From Candidatus Altimarinota bacterium (lineage in GTDB: Bacteria > Patescibacteriota > Gracilibacteria > 1-14-2-50-48-13): a stretch of 64,000 nt of DNA. The position numbers and the translations under genes are program-made. Each line of letters starts with the position of its first letter. The first letter of the stretch is position 1. The stretch lies in the NCBI GenBank assembly GCA_046314355.1, contig JBKBWQ010000001.1:416001-480000 (forward strand). The letters run 5' to 3'. The notes under the pieces were generated by a model. That model saw only the letters and a list, made by a program, of their open reading frames with translations, searched no databases and was not told the origin of the DNA. Positions 1 to 9,452 of the stretch are shown here, piece after piece.

Positions 1-323
1 AGAAACTCATAGCTCATAGCAATGGATTCCTTTTTGAAATAGGTCCCGAGACTCCAGTTTCCGAGCATCTCAAAGAATGTCAGATGCCGCGGATCTCCTA
101 CATCATCTATATCATTTGTACGTACACATTTCTGCACAGAGCAGAGTTTTCCTCCAAGCGGATGCTCCTTTCCCATAAGATATGGTACAAACTGCTGCAT
201 GCCTGCAGTAGTAAAAAGTACAGTTGGATCATTCTCAGGCACTACTGAAGAGGTCGTAATCTGCTTATGGTCCTTTGAAAGGAAAAACTCTATGTATGCG
301 CGGCGTATTTCTTGTGAATTCAC
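1..323 (-). CDS. alaS: Alanine--tRNA ligase, N-terminal part (runs off window start)
   Basis: Not in ORF track. Manual translation from GTG at 323: [14 protein letters not shown]...[17 protein letters not shown]...[34 protein letters not shown], the AlaRS N-terminal motifs. Confidence 0.95.
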   Translation of the reverse strand, partial: MNSQEIRRAYIEFFLSKDHKQITTSSVVPENDPTVLFTTAGMQQFVPYLMGKEHPLGGKLCSVQKCVRTNDIDDVGDPRHLTFFEMLGNWSLGTYFKKESIAMSYEF

Positions 324-400
324 TGGGAGTAGTCATAAAGGGTACAATCAAGGGCTATGGTACTGGATGCAGGCTGTTTTTGCAAGACTAATTGGAGTTG

Positions 401-485
401 CCTTAATTCTTATCCTCATCCTTAATTCTTGAGCTCGGAGGATAAGGATAGGGATGAGGATAAGAATTAAGAATTAGGGATTAAA
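401..485. repeat. Hexamer-period palindromic element (family A), gene-less copy
   Basis: cttaattcttatcctcatcc (402-421) is the exact reverse complement of 452-471; units AGGATA/AGGATG/AGAATT; central gagctc. Confidence 0.9.
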
Positions 486-598
486 ATGTATATGTTTTAA
501 AATTATTTTTTAACTTATGTCAACAACCCCCCTATAGACTTTTGACTAATAATACATACAATACATTCTGCTAAATTCTGTATATTTTGACCATCCAT

Positions 599-1441
599 AT
601 GGATTCATTCCGATTGGTATCTTTGCTAGGTGTTCTCTCGATTATTGTTCTTTTTATAGCAAGAGTACTGACAGGAGATATGGGACTTGCAATTTGTGCT
701 CTCCTTATCGTTATCATTGATCTCTGCATATACTTTTTCTCCCCGCGGATAGTACTTTCTATGGCTCGTGCGAAGCCTTTTCCTATACATGCTGCTCACG
801 AGATTGCTGCGGCACTTGAGGATCTCTCAAGACAAGCTAATATTCCAACTCCGGATCTATACCTTACGCCGGATCCACAGCCAAACATCTTTTCAGTGGG
901 AAGAAATACATCCCATGCAAGTATTGCAGTAACAAGGGGGCTAGTTGAAGTACTCTCACTATCAGAAATACGAGCAGTAATGGCTCATGAGATTGGTCAC
1001 ATCGCACACAATGAGATCCTTATACATAGTATATCTGCGACACTTGCAGGTCTTCTTACTGCAGTACTACCAGTCCAGACGCTCACAAGCAAACACTCAG
1101 AGGAGGGAAGCACCTCACATGGAAATAGCCTGGGAGCATTATTATTATTGATAGTGGCACCTATTGCATCCTATGTGATCAAATTCGTCAGTTCTGACAA
1201 AGTAGAGTACAAAGCAGATTTCTATGGAGCTACACTTACCCGTGAACCTATTATTCTCGCAAGAGCTCTAGAAAAAATACATCTTGCTGTTCAGGAGGAG
1301 ATTCCTCTAATGAGTCCAAATCCTGCATTAGGACACCTCTATATTGCAAATCCATTTCACTCTAAAACCCTCACAACTCTTTTCTCTACACATCCACAGA
1401 TGGAAGAGCGAATTACTCGTCTAAAAACCATGCTTGTTTAA
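599..1441 (+). CDS. htpX: Zinc metalloprotease HtpX (peptidase M48)
   Basis: N-terminal TMs, PNIF..GR, HEIGH zinc motif, EYKAD, FSTHP..EERI; ATG 599 preferred over TTG 587. Confidence 0.9.
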   Translation: MDSFRLVSLLGVLSIIVLFIARVLTGDMGLAICALLIVIIDLCIYFFSPRIVLSMARAKPFPIHAAHEIAAALEDLSRQANIPTPDLYLTPDPQPNIFSVGRNTSHASIAVTRGLVEVLSLSEIRAVMAHEIGHIAHNEILIHSISATLAGLLTAVLPVQTLTSKHSEEGSTSHGNSLGALLLLIVAPIASYVIKFVSSDKVEYKADFYGATLTREPIILARALEKIHLAVQEEIPLMSPNPALGHLYIANPFHSKTLTTLFSTHPQMEERITRLKTMLV

Positions 1442-1462
1442 TCACTTATTTCTGAACTTTTC

Positions 1463-4069
1463 ATGAAAAAGCTTTTTCCAGGATTTCTTTTTGTATCTAT
1501 GATGCTGTGTTTATTTTTCTCCCAAGGAAAATATGCCAGTGCCATTGATTGTCCAGCGGTCAGTCTGAAAAATACTCAGGGAGGATTTGTAGGGATGCAT
1601 ATAACAAGCAATATCGCACCTTTACAGTCAGGAGTAAGACTCACCTGGAAAGATCCTTCGGATACTAAGCCAGTATCAGTTTCAATACTAAGAAAAAAAT
1701 CAGGAGAAGTTTTCCAAGAAGTAGGAAAAACCACTGGTGGATCAGAGACATTTCTTGATACAAAAATTGCAGCAAAAACAGCTTCATATTTCTATGTACT
1801 TAAGAATACTTATCTTTGCGGCAGTACTAACTTCAGCAAATATATAGAAGTACCACTACTGCTCCAGAGAGACAATTCTGAACCAAGAGCCGTGTATCTC
1901 GGGAATATGCAAGATGGTAAATACATTCAAGGAAAAGAAGATCCAATCTTAATAGTAATGAGGGATTTAGAATCCGGTGTAAATACTTCCACTATACAAG
2001 TCAAACATGATAGTAAATCAATGACCGGTAAAGTAATCGGCACAATGCAGTCTGCACTGTGGTATTTCTACCCTGCAAAAACTGAGTTTACCGCAACGAG
2101 TACAGGCAGTACACTTGCACTGGAAGCCAAAAATGGACTGAGCATAGGCTTACCATCTCAAGATAAAAGTATACCTTTAGAACTCTACAATAGTACAAAT
2201 ACGGTCCGTTTTTCTGGACCTCAAATGGGAGGTGTCATTGACCCTTACAAAGCGCTTACACTCAACTGGAAGACACGAACAACAACCACTGGATCATACA
2301 GTCTCAGTGTATCTGCAGATCTAGGAAAAAGCTGGAAAATTATTAATACTCAATCAGTAGCTCCATTTGTTATAGACAACCTTACTACTCTTGTTCCTGA
2401 GATAGTAGATAAAAGAAAAGAACCATTTCTACTATTTAAGATTGTTTTAGTTGAAGGAGGAAAACAGATCGCATATGATATTCTTCCGCTCACAGTGGGG
2501 AACATTACTGTAAAAGTGGCAACCTCCGTAGAAACTCTTTCTGCGCCTTCAGGAAGTTTTAGAATATATGATGCTTACTCAGGAAAAGCAGTATCATTTA
2601 CACCTGTAAATAATACGCTTACCGAGCTTCAAAAATCATGGAAGTTCACCAGTACATCCACAGAAGCTACTACCATCCTTCCTCCAGGATACTATTTTAT
2701 TAAGCCAAACTTCAACTCCTTTGCTTTTCCAACATACAGCCCCGAAGACCACAGTGGTATCTTCTATTTTCCGGGTGGATCTATGGATCTGACATTACTC
2801 TCAGACCCTATGACTTATTATGACTCCCAAAGAGAAGAGCTCGACCCATATTCTGTAAAAGTAATCTCTTCACTTGAAGAACCTGCTTCAAAATATCCCT
2901 ATACATTCCCGGAAGGAACTACAAATCAGAATACTAACTCTATACCCACAGAGCCGGAAGATACAACTCCTGCTTTGAAGATGTCTATTTCATACTGCCT
3001 GAATGACAAATTAATTTGTAAAAATGATCTCTTCACAGCTTTAAATCTACATTCAGTCTCGCTCCACTTTGATCCATTAAAAAGAACATTTTTTAGTACC
3101 AATGCTTCTATCTCCAGCGAAGAAAAAAGCCTAATTGGGATACCTTCACTTCCCAAAAACTACTTTTTCAATATTGATGAAAAGTACTTTGTACAAATAC
3201 CTGCAACACTTATTACACGTCTCTCAGAGGAATCACAAAGTATATCTCTTCTGACAGTAGAGAAGAAAACTGCTGATGGACCGTATACATTTACTCTCTC
3301 TCAGCAGCTGGAAGCATTCGCTGCGTCAACAAAAGATTATGTATACATACGTAAGCAGAATGCATGCAGCGAAGAATTTATTGCTGTCGATTCCAAAGGA
3401 GTAGAGACACCGTATTTTTCTCTCTGTAATGCTGCCAATGAGCGCATAAGTATCATACCTTTCAAATCTTCCACTACATTGAAAGTCGCTGCAAAAAACT
3501 CACCTATGATCTCAAACACTGAATGGTTTGCTCCATTCATGAATCTCTTTGAAACATATAAAATATTTACCCATACAAACGCGGCGTCTGCTCCGCATGA
3601 GAATATAACACGCGGTGAACTTGCTGATCTCATCCTGCGAAGCTATCATATTGCACCTGCAGCTTTCACGCAGACATATATAGATCTTGGCAGCTCACAT
3701 GAATACTATTCTTCCATCCTTGCGCTCGATAAGGTAGATGTCATGAAAGGAGAGCAAACATCAACAGGCGCACGGATTGTACGTCCAGATAGTCCCGTAC
3801 TACGTGCGGAAGCTCTCAAGATGATTATGGCAGCCTCCAGAGTCAAACAGCCTGTACAAAAAACATCTCTTACTCCTGTGGTTCCTTTTAAGGATGTACT
3901 CCTCCATCATTGGTTCTATCCATATGTAGATACTGCGTATCAGCTTCAGATTATAGAAGGATACAAGAATAGTGACGGCAGCAGGGAACTGCGCCCGGGA
4001 AGCTACGTAACAAGAGCAGAGGCTGCGAAGCTCATTATCACATCCCTGATGAAAAAAATAGAGGAATAA
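1463..4069 (+). CDS. Secreted surface protein with FN3-like N-terminus and C-terminal SLH domains
   Basis: Signal peptide; SLH motifs ITRGELA, RPDSPVLRAEALK, FKDV..HWFYPYV..GY..RPGSYVTRAEAAK. Confidence 0.8.
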   Translation: MKKLFPGFLFVSMMLCLFFSQGKYASAIDCPAVSLKNTQGGFVGMHITSNIAPLQSGVRLTWKDPSDTKPVSVSILRKKSGEVFQEVGKTTGGSETFLDTKIAAKTASYFYVLKNTYLCGSTNFSKYIEVPLLLQRDNSEPRAVYLGNMQDGKYIQGKEDPILIVMRDLESGVNTSTIQVKHDSKSMTGKVIGTMQSALWYFYPAKTEFTATSTGSTLALEAKNGLSIGLPSQDKSIPLELYNSTNTVRFSGPQMGGVIDPYKALTLNWKTRTTTTGSYSLSVSADLGKSWKIINTQSVAPFVIDNLTTLVPEIVDKRKEPFLLFKIVLVEGGKQIAYDILPLTVGNITVKVATSVETLSAPSGSFRIYDAYSGKAVSFTPVNNTLTELQKSWKFTSTSTEATTILPPGYYFIKPNFNSFAFPTYSPEDHSGIFYFPGGSMDLTLLSDPMTYYDSQREELDPYSVKVISSLEEPASKYPYTFPEGTTNQNTNSIPTEPEDTTPALKMSISYCLNDKLICKNDLFTALNLHSVSLHFDPLKRTFFSTNASISSEEKSLIGIPSLPKNYFFNIDEKYFVQIPATLITRLSEESQSISLLTVEKKTADGPYTFTLSQQLEAFAASTKDYVYIRKQNACSEEFIAVDSKGVETPYFSLCNAANERISIIPFKSSTTLKVAAKNSPMISNTEWFAPFMNLFETYKIFTHTNAASAPHENITRGELADLILRSYHIAPAAFTQTYIDLGSSHEYYSSILALDKVDVMKGEQTSTGARIVRPDSPVLRAEALKMIMAASRVKQPVQKTSLTPVVPFKDVLLHHWFYPYVDTAYQLQIIEGYKNSDGSRELRPGSYVTRAEAAKLIITSLMKKIEE

Positions 4070-4095
4070 GTTCGTAGTTAATAATTATTACTAAT

Positions 4096-4124
4096 AAAAA
4101 ATCACTTCTTAGGAAGTGATTTTT
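4096..4124. terminator. Bidirectional intrinsic terminator
   Basis: aaaaaatcacttc-ttag-gaagtgattttt between convergent genes. Confidence 0.8.
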
Positions 4125-4133
4125 AGATATATT

Positions 4134-4475
4134 TTATTCTACTAATGTGAAATGTATTGCTACATATCTTTTTTGTTTTGGACTTCTTTCTATTTTGCAT
4201 AACTTCACCAAGCAGACTTTTCCATAGATGAGTTTCTTTATCACATGGAGAAGTCCTTCTTCATTCTCTTTAAATTTAGATATATATGGGATATCTGTAT
4301 CGGCAACTACATATTTTATACCATTGCTGCCGATATAAAAATATTCCATACAGTTTCTTTTTGTATTTAAAGCTTCCTGCACATTCGATGTGTGGACTCG
4401 AATGAATTTGGGATTAGAAGAAAGCTCCTTGAGAGCTGCTTCTCTATTGATCTCCTTTTCATCATACTTATACAT
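4134..4475 (-). CDS. Hypothetical protein (113 aa)
   Basis: ORF with AAGGAG 7 nt upstream of ATG; start overlaps the stop of the upstream micro-ORF. Confidence 0.65.
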   Translation of the reverse strand: MYKYDEKEINREAALKELSSNPKFIRVHTSNVQEALNTKRNCMEYFYIGSNGIKYVVADTDIPYISKFKENEEGLLHVIKKLIYGKVCLVKLCKIERSPKQKRYVAIHFTLVE

Positions 4476-4596
4476 TATCTGACTCCTTACTCTGGATCAT
4501 TACAATAACTTGTTCTCCGCATTTCATACATCTTTTTACAGTCGCGCCATATCCTCCTTCAATTACAGCACTACAGCATAACGACAGATCACCCAT
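4468..4596 (-). CDS. 42-aa Cys-rich micro-protein (CC...CxxC, putative zinc ribbon)
   Basis: MGDLSLCCSAVIEGGYGATVKRCMKCGEQVIVMIQSKESDNV*; AGGAGG at 4607-4612; overlaps the start of 4134..4475. Confidence 0.7.
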   Translation of the reverse strand: MGDLSLCCSAVIEGGYGATVKRCMKCGEQVIVMIQSKESDNV

Positions 4597-5034
4597 ATTT
4601 TAAGAACCTCCTATTTGATTTATATTTCCTTAGGAGTGTATGCAAAATATCAAAAAACTCAACAGAATTCCCTTTAAGAGGTTTGCTACCATTTTCCTTA
4701 ACCTTCTATGAAAAGAATAAATAAATCATTTAAAACAGGGAAAATATGGTTCGTAAATTATCACCTATACATAAATGGAGAAATGGTACCTATGGTTAAC
4801 TCGTTATAATAGTAATTAATAATAAATAATTTTATTCTAGAAGAGGATTCAGAAAAAAGTAAAAGATACTCAAAATAAGTGCATTTAGCCAATAGGGGAT
4901 TCATTCTACCGGGGAAGACCCCAAGAGAAGAAATACAATTAATACTTTGTACAAGATACATTGTACAAAGTATTAGAAATCTCCCTTCTTCTGCCCTCTA
5001 AGAGAATAGGTATTCATATACTATTTTCCGCATA

Positions 5035-5655
5035 CTATTTATTTAACTCTTTTTCCTCTAGGAGAGAGATTCTTTGTTCCTTCGAATCGACAGCTTCTCC
5101 AATAATGTAGTTTTTTAATATTTGATCATCAAGACTTACCACAAGATATTTTAATCTTACTAATTCAAAACTATCAATTGCATACTCTGCTCTACCGTCT
5201 TCAAGTCTATCTTGGAGGAAAAACTCTATTTGACTTTCATTAGTACTCTTAAGTACATCCTCATATTTATCAGCAAGTAATTCATAAATATTACTATATG
5301 AATCAAGTATAGAATATTTTTCTGTCAAATATGGTAAGTCATTTGGTAAGTATGCTATTCCTTTGAGTAGTTTTTTAAAACTAAGCATCTTACTAGCAAC
5401 CAGAGCTGTAAATTCATCTTTTGTTTGCGTCAAATCTTCCCACTCCACAAGTTCTCTCCAAATTTGCGGATATCTCTCTTCTATATAAGGCATATCTGCA
5501 GAAAGATTGATAAGCTCCTTAGCAAATATATCTTTGTCTTGAGCTGGTGCAGATACATATTTTTCTATCAGAGTCTCTATCTCATCTTTAATTTCATCGT
5601 ACTCATTTTCAATCTTTGCATAGGTGTAGTAAGCATGGGGAGAGAATATGGTCAT
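5035..5655 (-). CDS. Hypothetical acidic helical protein
   Basis: 206-aa ORF starting 8 nt after the hisS stop. Confidence 0.65.
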   Translation of the reverse strand: MTIFSPHAYYTYAKIENEYDEIKDEIETLIEKYVSAPAQDKDIFAKELINLSADMPYIEERYPQIWRELVEWEDLTQTKDEFTALVASKMLSFKKLLKGIAYLPNDLPYLTEKYSILDSYSNIYELLADKYEDVLKSTNESQIEFFLQDRLEDGRAEYAIDSFELVRLKYLVVSLDDQILKNYIIGEAVDSKEQRISLLEEKELNK

Positions 5656-5663
5656 TTTGCTGC

Positions 5664-7073
5664 TTAATGAAATAGTGTAGAAATTTTGTTTGATAAATTT
5701 TCTAATGAAATATCTATTTGTTCACCTGTTATCATATTTTTTAGCTGAACACTTTTTTTGTCCAACTCTTCCCCTCCAGCAAAAAGTACATACTTTGTTT
5801 TCTTATCAGAAGCAAACTGCATTTGTTTCTTTAATTTTGCATTTTCCGGATAAATCTCCACTGATGTTCCTGCCCCTCTTATCTCCTGTATATATGGGTA
5901 GATACGCTCCACTTCCCTGTCTCCAAAATTCAGAAGCATGATATCTACAGTCTTTATAGTATCCTTTGGAAATAGATCAAGCTCCTCAAGAAGGTCGTAA
6001 ATACGCTCTACACCAAAGGAAATACCAACACCAGCAAGCCCATCTACACCAAATATACCCGTAAGATTATCATATCTTCCGCCAGCAGCAATGGTTGAAG
6101 TCAAGCTGCCGAGCTTTGTCTTCACTTCGAATATAGGTCCTGTATAGTAGCTGATGCCTCGCGCTAGCGTAAGATCTAGTTCAAGCTCTGCTTTAAAGGA
6201 TAGCTTATTTAGAAAACTAAAAATATACTCTATTTCCTCTATTCCCTGCCGGCCTATTTCAGAATCAGAGAGAAGATTTTTAATGAATGCCAACTTAGCT
6301 GCATAGTCTGTACTCATTGCATCAATAAGTTCTCCAATTTTTCCACATGCGGTATCCGGAATACCTGATGATTTCATTTCGACAAGTACTGCCTCCTTCC
6401 CTATCTTATCAAGCTTATCTATTGCAACCGTCATAGCTACAAGTTTATCTGTGATCTGGAGCGTCTCCGCAATTCCTGTAAGAATTTTTCTATTATTAAT
6501 CTTCATAGTGACTGGAAGACCAAGTTCTGTAAAAACTCCATCATAAATACAGAGAAGATCTACTTCACTAAGCATACTTTTAGAACCAATAATATCTGCA
6601 TCACACTGATAAAACTCACGGTATCTTCCCTTCTGCGGACGGTCAGCTCTCCAGACTGGCTGCATCTGATATCTTTTAAATGGAAGTGGAAGCTCCCGGT
6701 AGTTCTTTGCCATAAATCTTGCAAATGGGATCGTAAGATCATAGCGGAGAGCCTTATCAGAGATTTTTGATAATAGTTGTTTAGAATCAAGATCCTGGAT
6801 ACTTACTTCGCTCTTCCCTGCCTTTTCAAGTTCAGTCTTGTAATCCTTTAGGTAATCTCCGCTGGCTAGTACTTTAAAGATGAGCTGATCTCCTTCATCT
6901 CCATATTTTCCAGTCAGAGTTGAGAGATTCTCCATAGTAGGAGTCTCAAGCTGTACGAAGCCATATCTTTGAAAATGTTTTGCGATCACTTGAAACATAT
7001 ATTGTCTTTTTGATACTTGATCCGGGAAGAAATCCCGCATCCCTTTACATGTTTCAGGCGCTTTAACGTTCAT
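5664..7073 (-). CDS. hisS: Histidine--tRNA ligase
   Basis: KGMRDF, LRYDLTIPFAR, VWRADRPQKGRYREFYQCDAD, ARGISYYTG, GGRYD, GISFGVERI. Confidence 0.97.
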   Translation of the reverse strand: MNVKAPETCKGMRDFFPDQVSKRQYMFQVIAKHFQRYGFVQLETPTMENLSTLTGKYGDEGDQLIFKVLASGDYLKDYKTELEKAGKSEVSIQDLDSKQLLSKISDKALRYDLTIPFARFMAKNYRELPLPFKRYQMQPVWRADRPQKGRYREFYQCDADIIGSKSMLSEVDLLCIYDGVFTELGLPVTMKINNRKILTGIAETLQITDKLVAMTVAIDKLDKIGKEAVLVEMKSSGIPDTACGKIGELIDAMSTDYAAKLAFIKNLLSDSEIGRQGIEEIEYIFSFLNKLSFKAELELDLTLARGISYYTGPIFEVKTKLGSLTSTIAAGGRYDNLTGIFGVDGLAGVGISFGVERIYDLLEELDLFPKDTIKTVDIMLLNFGDREVERIYPYIQEIRGAGTSVEIYPENAKLKKQMQFASDKKTKYVLFAGGEELDKKSVQLKNMITGEQIDISLENLSNKISTLFH

Positions 7074-7135
7074 AATGATTGGAAAAATTTATTTTATCCC
7101 AGTATATCATATCTACTTCTATTACAAGAGGAGTT

Positions 7136-7723
7136 TTAGAGTTGAATGCCTATTTTATTGAGACCGATCACTGCTGTATCTATCACTTTTTTACGGTAAA
7201 TGAACTTACACTCCCAAAGATCTTTCCACTGTTTTTCTTCTTCCTTTGATATATCACTCATTACAACACTCAGCGTAGTATCTATTTTCCTTCCCTCTCT
7301 TTGAGCTAATGCTGCTCCAGCAGCACGGTGATGTCCTTCAATAGTTACTATTTTTCCTTCATGATTTCTCAATGCAATTATCTCCGTCTCTCTAGGAAAA
7401 TTCTTTGAAATATCCTGAATACGGTCATGGTTATCAAATTTTCCAGCATATGCCATCTCTTTATAGTTCGGTTTTACCCCCTTCTGAAGATAAGATTGCT
7501 CCCATTTCTTTGCGCCTGGATACATGTAAGTCATGAAATCCTGGGGCTGCTCAACAATCTTTTTGATCCAGCTGCGTTTTTGAAGTTTGAACGCATGAAT
7601 ATATCCAAGACGAAACTGTTCCCAGGATTTAAAACCTGCTTCAGTGTAGAATTCTTTCCATATTTCATCTTCCCTTTCTTTCCAGTTTGCAGTTACTTCC
7701 TGCCATGTAATGCTTTCTTTCAT
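7136..7723 (-). CDS. Hypothetical protein with ParB/Srx-like motif
   Basis: IVTIEGHHRAAG resembles the DGxHR motif of the ParB/sulfiredoxin fold. Confidence 0.55.
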   Translation of the reverse strand: MKESITWQEVTANWKEREDEIWKEFYTEAGFKSWEQFRLGYIHAFKLQKRSWIKKIVEQPQDFMTYMYPGAKKWEQSYLQKGVKPNYKEMAYAGKFDNHDRIQDISKNFPRETEIIALRNHEGKIVTIEGHHRAAGAALAQREGRKIDTTLSVVMSDISKEEEKQWKDLWECKFIYRKKVIDTAVIGLNKIGIQL

Positions 7724-7727
7724 AAGG

Positions 7728-8705
7728 CTATATATTATTAAATTCTTTCTTCAGCTCTTCAATAAAGATGATGATTCTGCTTTTTTCTTCATGTTCAATC
7801 TTCTCTATATCCCTTAGAAATTTTGGTCCGTTCTGTACGAGAGAATGAAAAATTTCTAGTTCCTCATTCTCAGTAAGAGTTTCATACTCAAAAGAACTAA
7901 GAGTATTTCTCCTGTAATAATTTTTTAAGATGTCCGTGAGTTCCCAGGAGCCGCCCTCATAATAACATAAAAACTCTTCAAACAAATTGTGTTCCTTCAG
8001 TGTCTCTATCTGGGATTTAATGAGATCAAGATCCTTATTAGAGATAGATTCAGATATTTCCTGAAAGATCTTTGAACGAATAAGTGATGATTCAGCAATT
8101 TTTACGTTGTCATGTATTACTAGTTCTTTTTGATGTACGTGCTGACTCTCAATCATATGAGTTAATAGCTCAAAAAAATCCCCTGAGATCTCAGAGTCTT
8201 TGGCTAGATTTTCAAAGTACTCCTTGATAGGAGTAATGCTACCCTCGTTAGATTGGACATACCTATGGAAGATATTTCGAAAGCAGTCATAGTTCATAGA
8301 ATCTCCAGTCCCAATGAAGAGCAGTATCTTTATATATAATAGTCTTTGTTCTTCTATGCCATCTCTCTGAGAGAGGTCCTCAATTTGTTTGTAAATTCTC
8401 TTTAGTCCTAACTTTTTGACCCCTTTCCGAAGGATAAATTCTTTTTCATTATCCAGTAATAGAGCATGCTGAATAAGTGTTTCAAGATCATGGAAGGTAG
8501 GAAAAGTATTTTCAATAAACTTATCTTCAAGCATGATATTTTGCACTTTATCCGCTACTGATTTTTTTATCTGTAGGAAATGCTCTCTATTCTTCTTCCT
8601 TACATTCTCTAGACTCATATTTTCAGCAGTGTTCTCTTCTTGTGGGAAACTGTATCCGTTCATAGTATTTTCCAAATTCTCTCCAGCTTCATGTAGAAAA
8701 CTCAT
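7728..8705 (-). CDS. Hypothetical protein (325 aa)
   Basis: Long ORF, acidic and helical, no recognised motif. Confidence 0.65.
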   Translation of the reverse strand: MSFLHEAGENLENTMNGYSFPQEENTAENMSLENVRKKNREHFLQIKKSVADKVQNIMLEDKFIENTFPTFHDLETLIQHALLLDNEKEFILRKGVKKLGLKRIYKQIEDLSQRDGIEEQRLLYIKILLFIGTGDSMNYDCFRNIFHRYVQSNEGSITPIKEYFENLAKDSEISGDFFELLTHMIESQHVHQKELVIHDNVKIAESSLIRSKIFQEISESISNKDLDLIKSQIETLKEHNLFEEFLCYYEGGSWELTDILKNYYRRNTLSSFEYETLTENEELEIFHSLVQNGPKFLRDIEKIEHEEKSRIIIFIEELKKEFNNI

Positions 8706-8758
8706 AAGAGCATATTAAAAATTTATAGGAATATACTCCAATTTTTTTGTATGTAAAG

Positions 8759-8791
8759 AAAAAGGGAGAACCCCATGAGGTCCTCCCTTTT
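8759..8791 (-). terminator. Intrinsic terminator
   Basis: aaaaagggag..ctccctttt hairpin downstream of 8803..9303. Confidence 0.7.
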
Positions 8792-8802
8792 GATCATACA
8801 AA

Positions 8803-9303
8803 CTATTTCATATGACTATATTCATCTCTCTTATGAGCTGCCGATGCACCTAAGTGATCTGTTGCTTCTGCAACTTCGTTTTTTGCATCATGCAGAGAAT
8901 TCTTTACATCATGCTTTACGTTATTAGCAGAGTCTTTTGCTTTCTCACCTAGATTTTTCATCTCATTCATCGCTTTCTTACCTGTATCCTCTAGTCTCTC
9001 CTTTGCTTCCTTTGATTCATTAAATAATCCCTCAAAGGTCTCGCTAAGGTTATTCTTTAATTCATTACCCTTTTCTATGAGCATCTCTCCCTTCTCTTTT
9101 GCTGTTTTAGCAAGATTTGTCACATTTTCTTCTGCCTTATTCTTTACATCCTCTGCCTTCTTTGCAATATCATTTCTATTCTCTTTTTTTGAAAGAAAAA
9201 GTGCTGCTGCTCCTACTGCCGCTGCAGCTCCCAAAGCAATTACTTTTCCTGCAACTGAACCAGACTGTGAATGTGTATTGTTTGCCATAGTGTTGTGAGT
9301 CAT
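8803..9303 (-). CDS. YtxH-like / LEA-like membrane-anchored protein
   Basis: GAAAAVGAAALFLSKKENRNDI followed by K/E/A-rich amphipathic repeats. Confidence 0.7.
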   Translation of the reverse strand: MTHNTMANNTHSQSGSVAGKVIALGAAAAVGAAALFLSKKENRNDIAKKAEDVKNKAEENVTNLAKTAKEKGEMLIEKGNELKNNLSETFEGLFNESKEAKERLEDTGKKAMNEMKNLGEKAKDSANNVKHDVKNSLHDAKNEVAEATDHLGASAAHKRDEYSHMK

Positions 9304-9452
9304 GAAGTAATATATAAGTATATTCCTTTCTTCTCAGAAATCAACCCTGTAAATATACATAGAACTCATATTCTGCTCTATCAAAGCAGATAGAGCACAT
9401 TTTATTTTTTAAAAAAAGAATAAAATTGAATAAAATTTATAACAGCGTATAA

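Noticed and set aside
199-432. 77-aa + strand ORF
   Set aside because: Antisense shadow of alaS; its LILILIL tail is the hexamer repeat.
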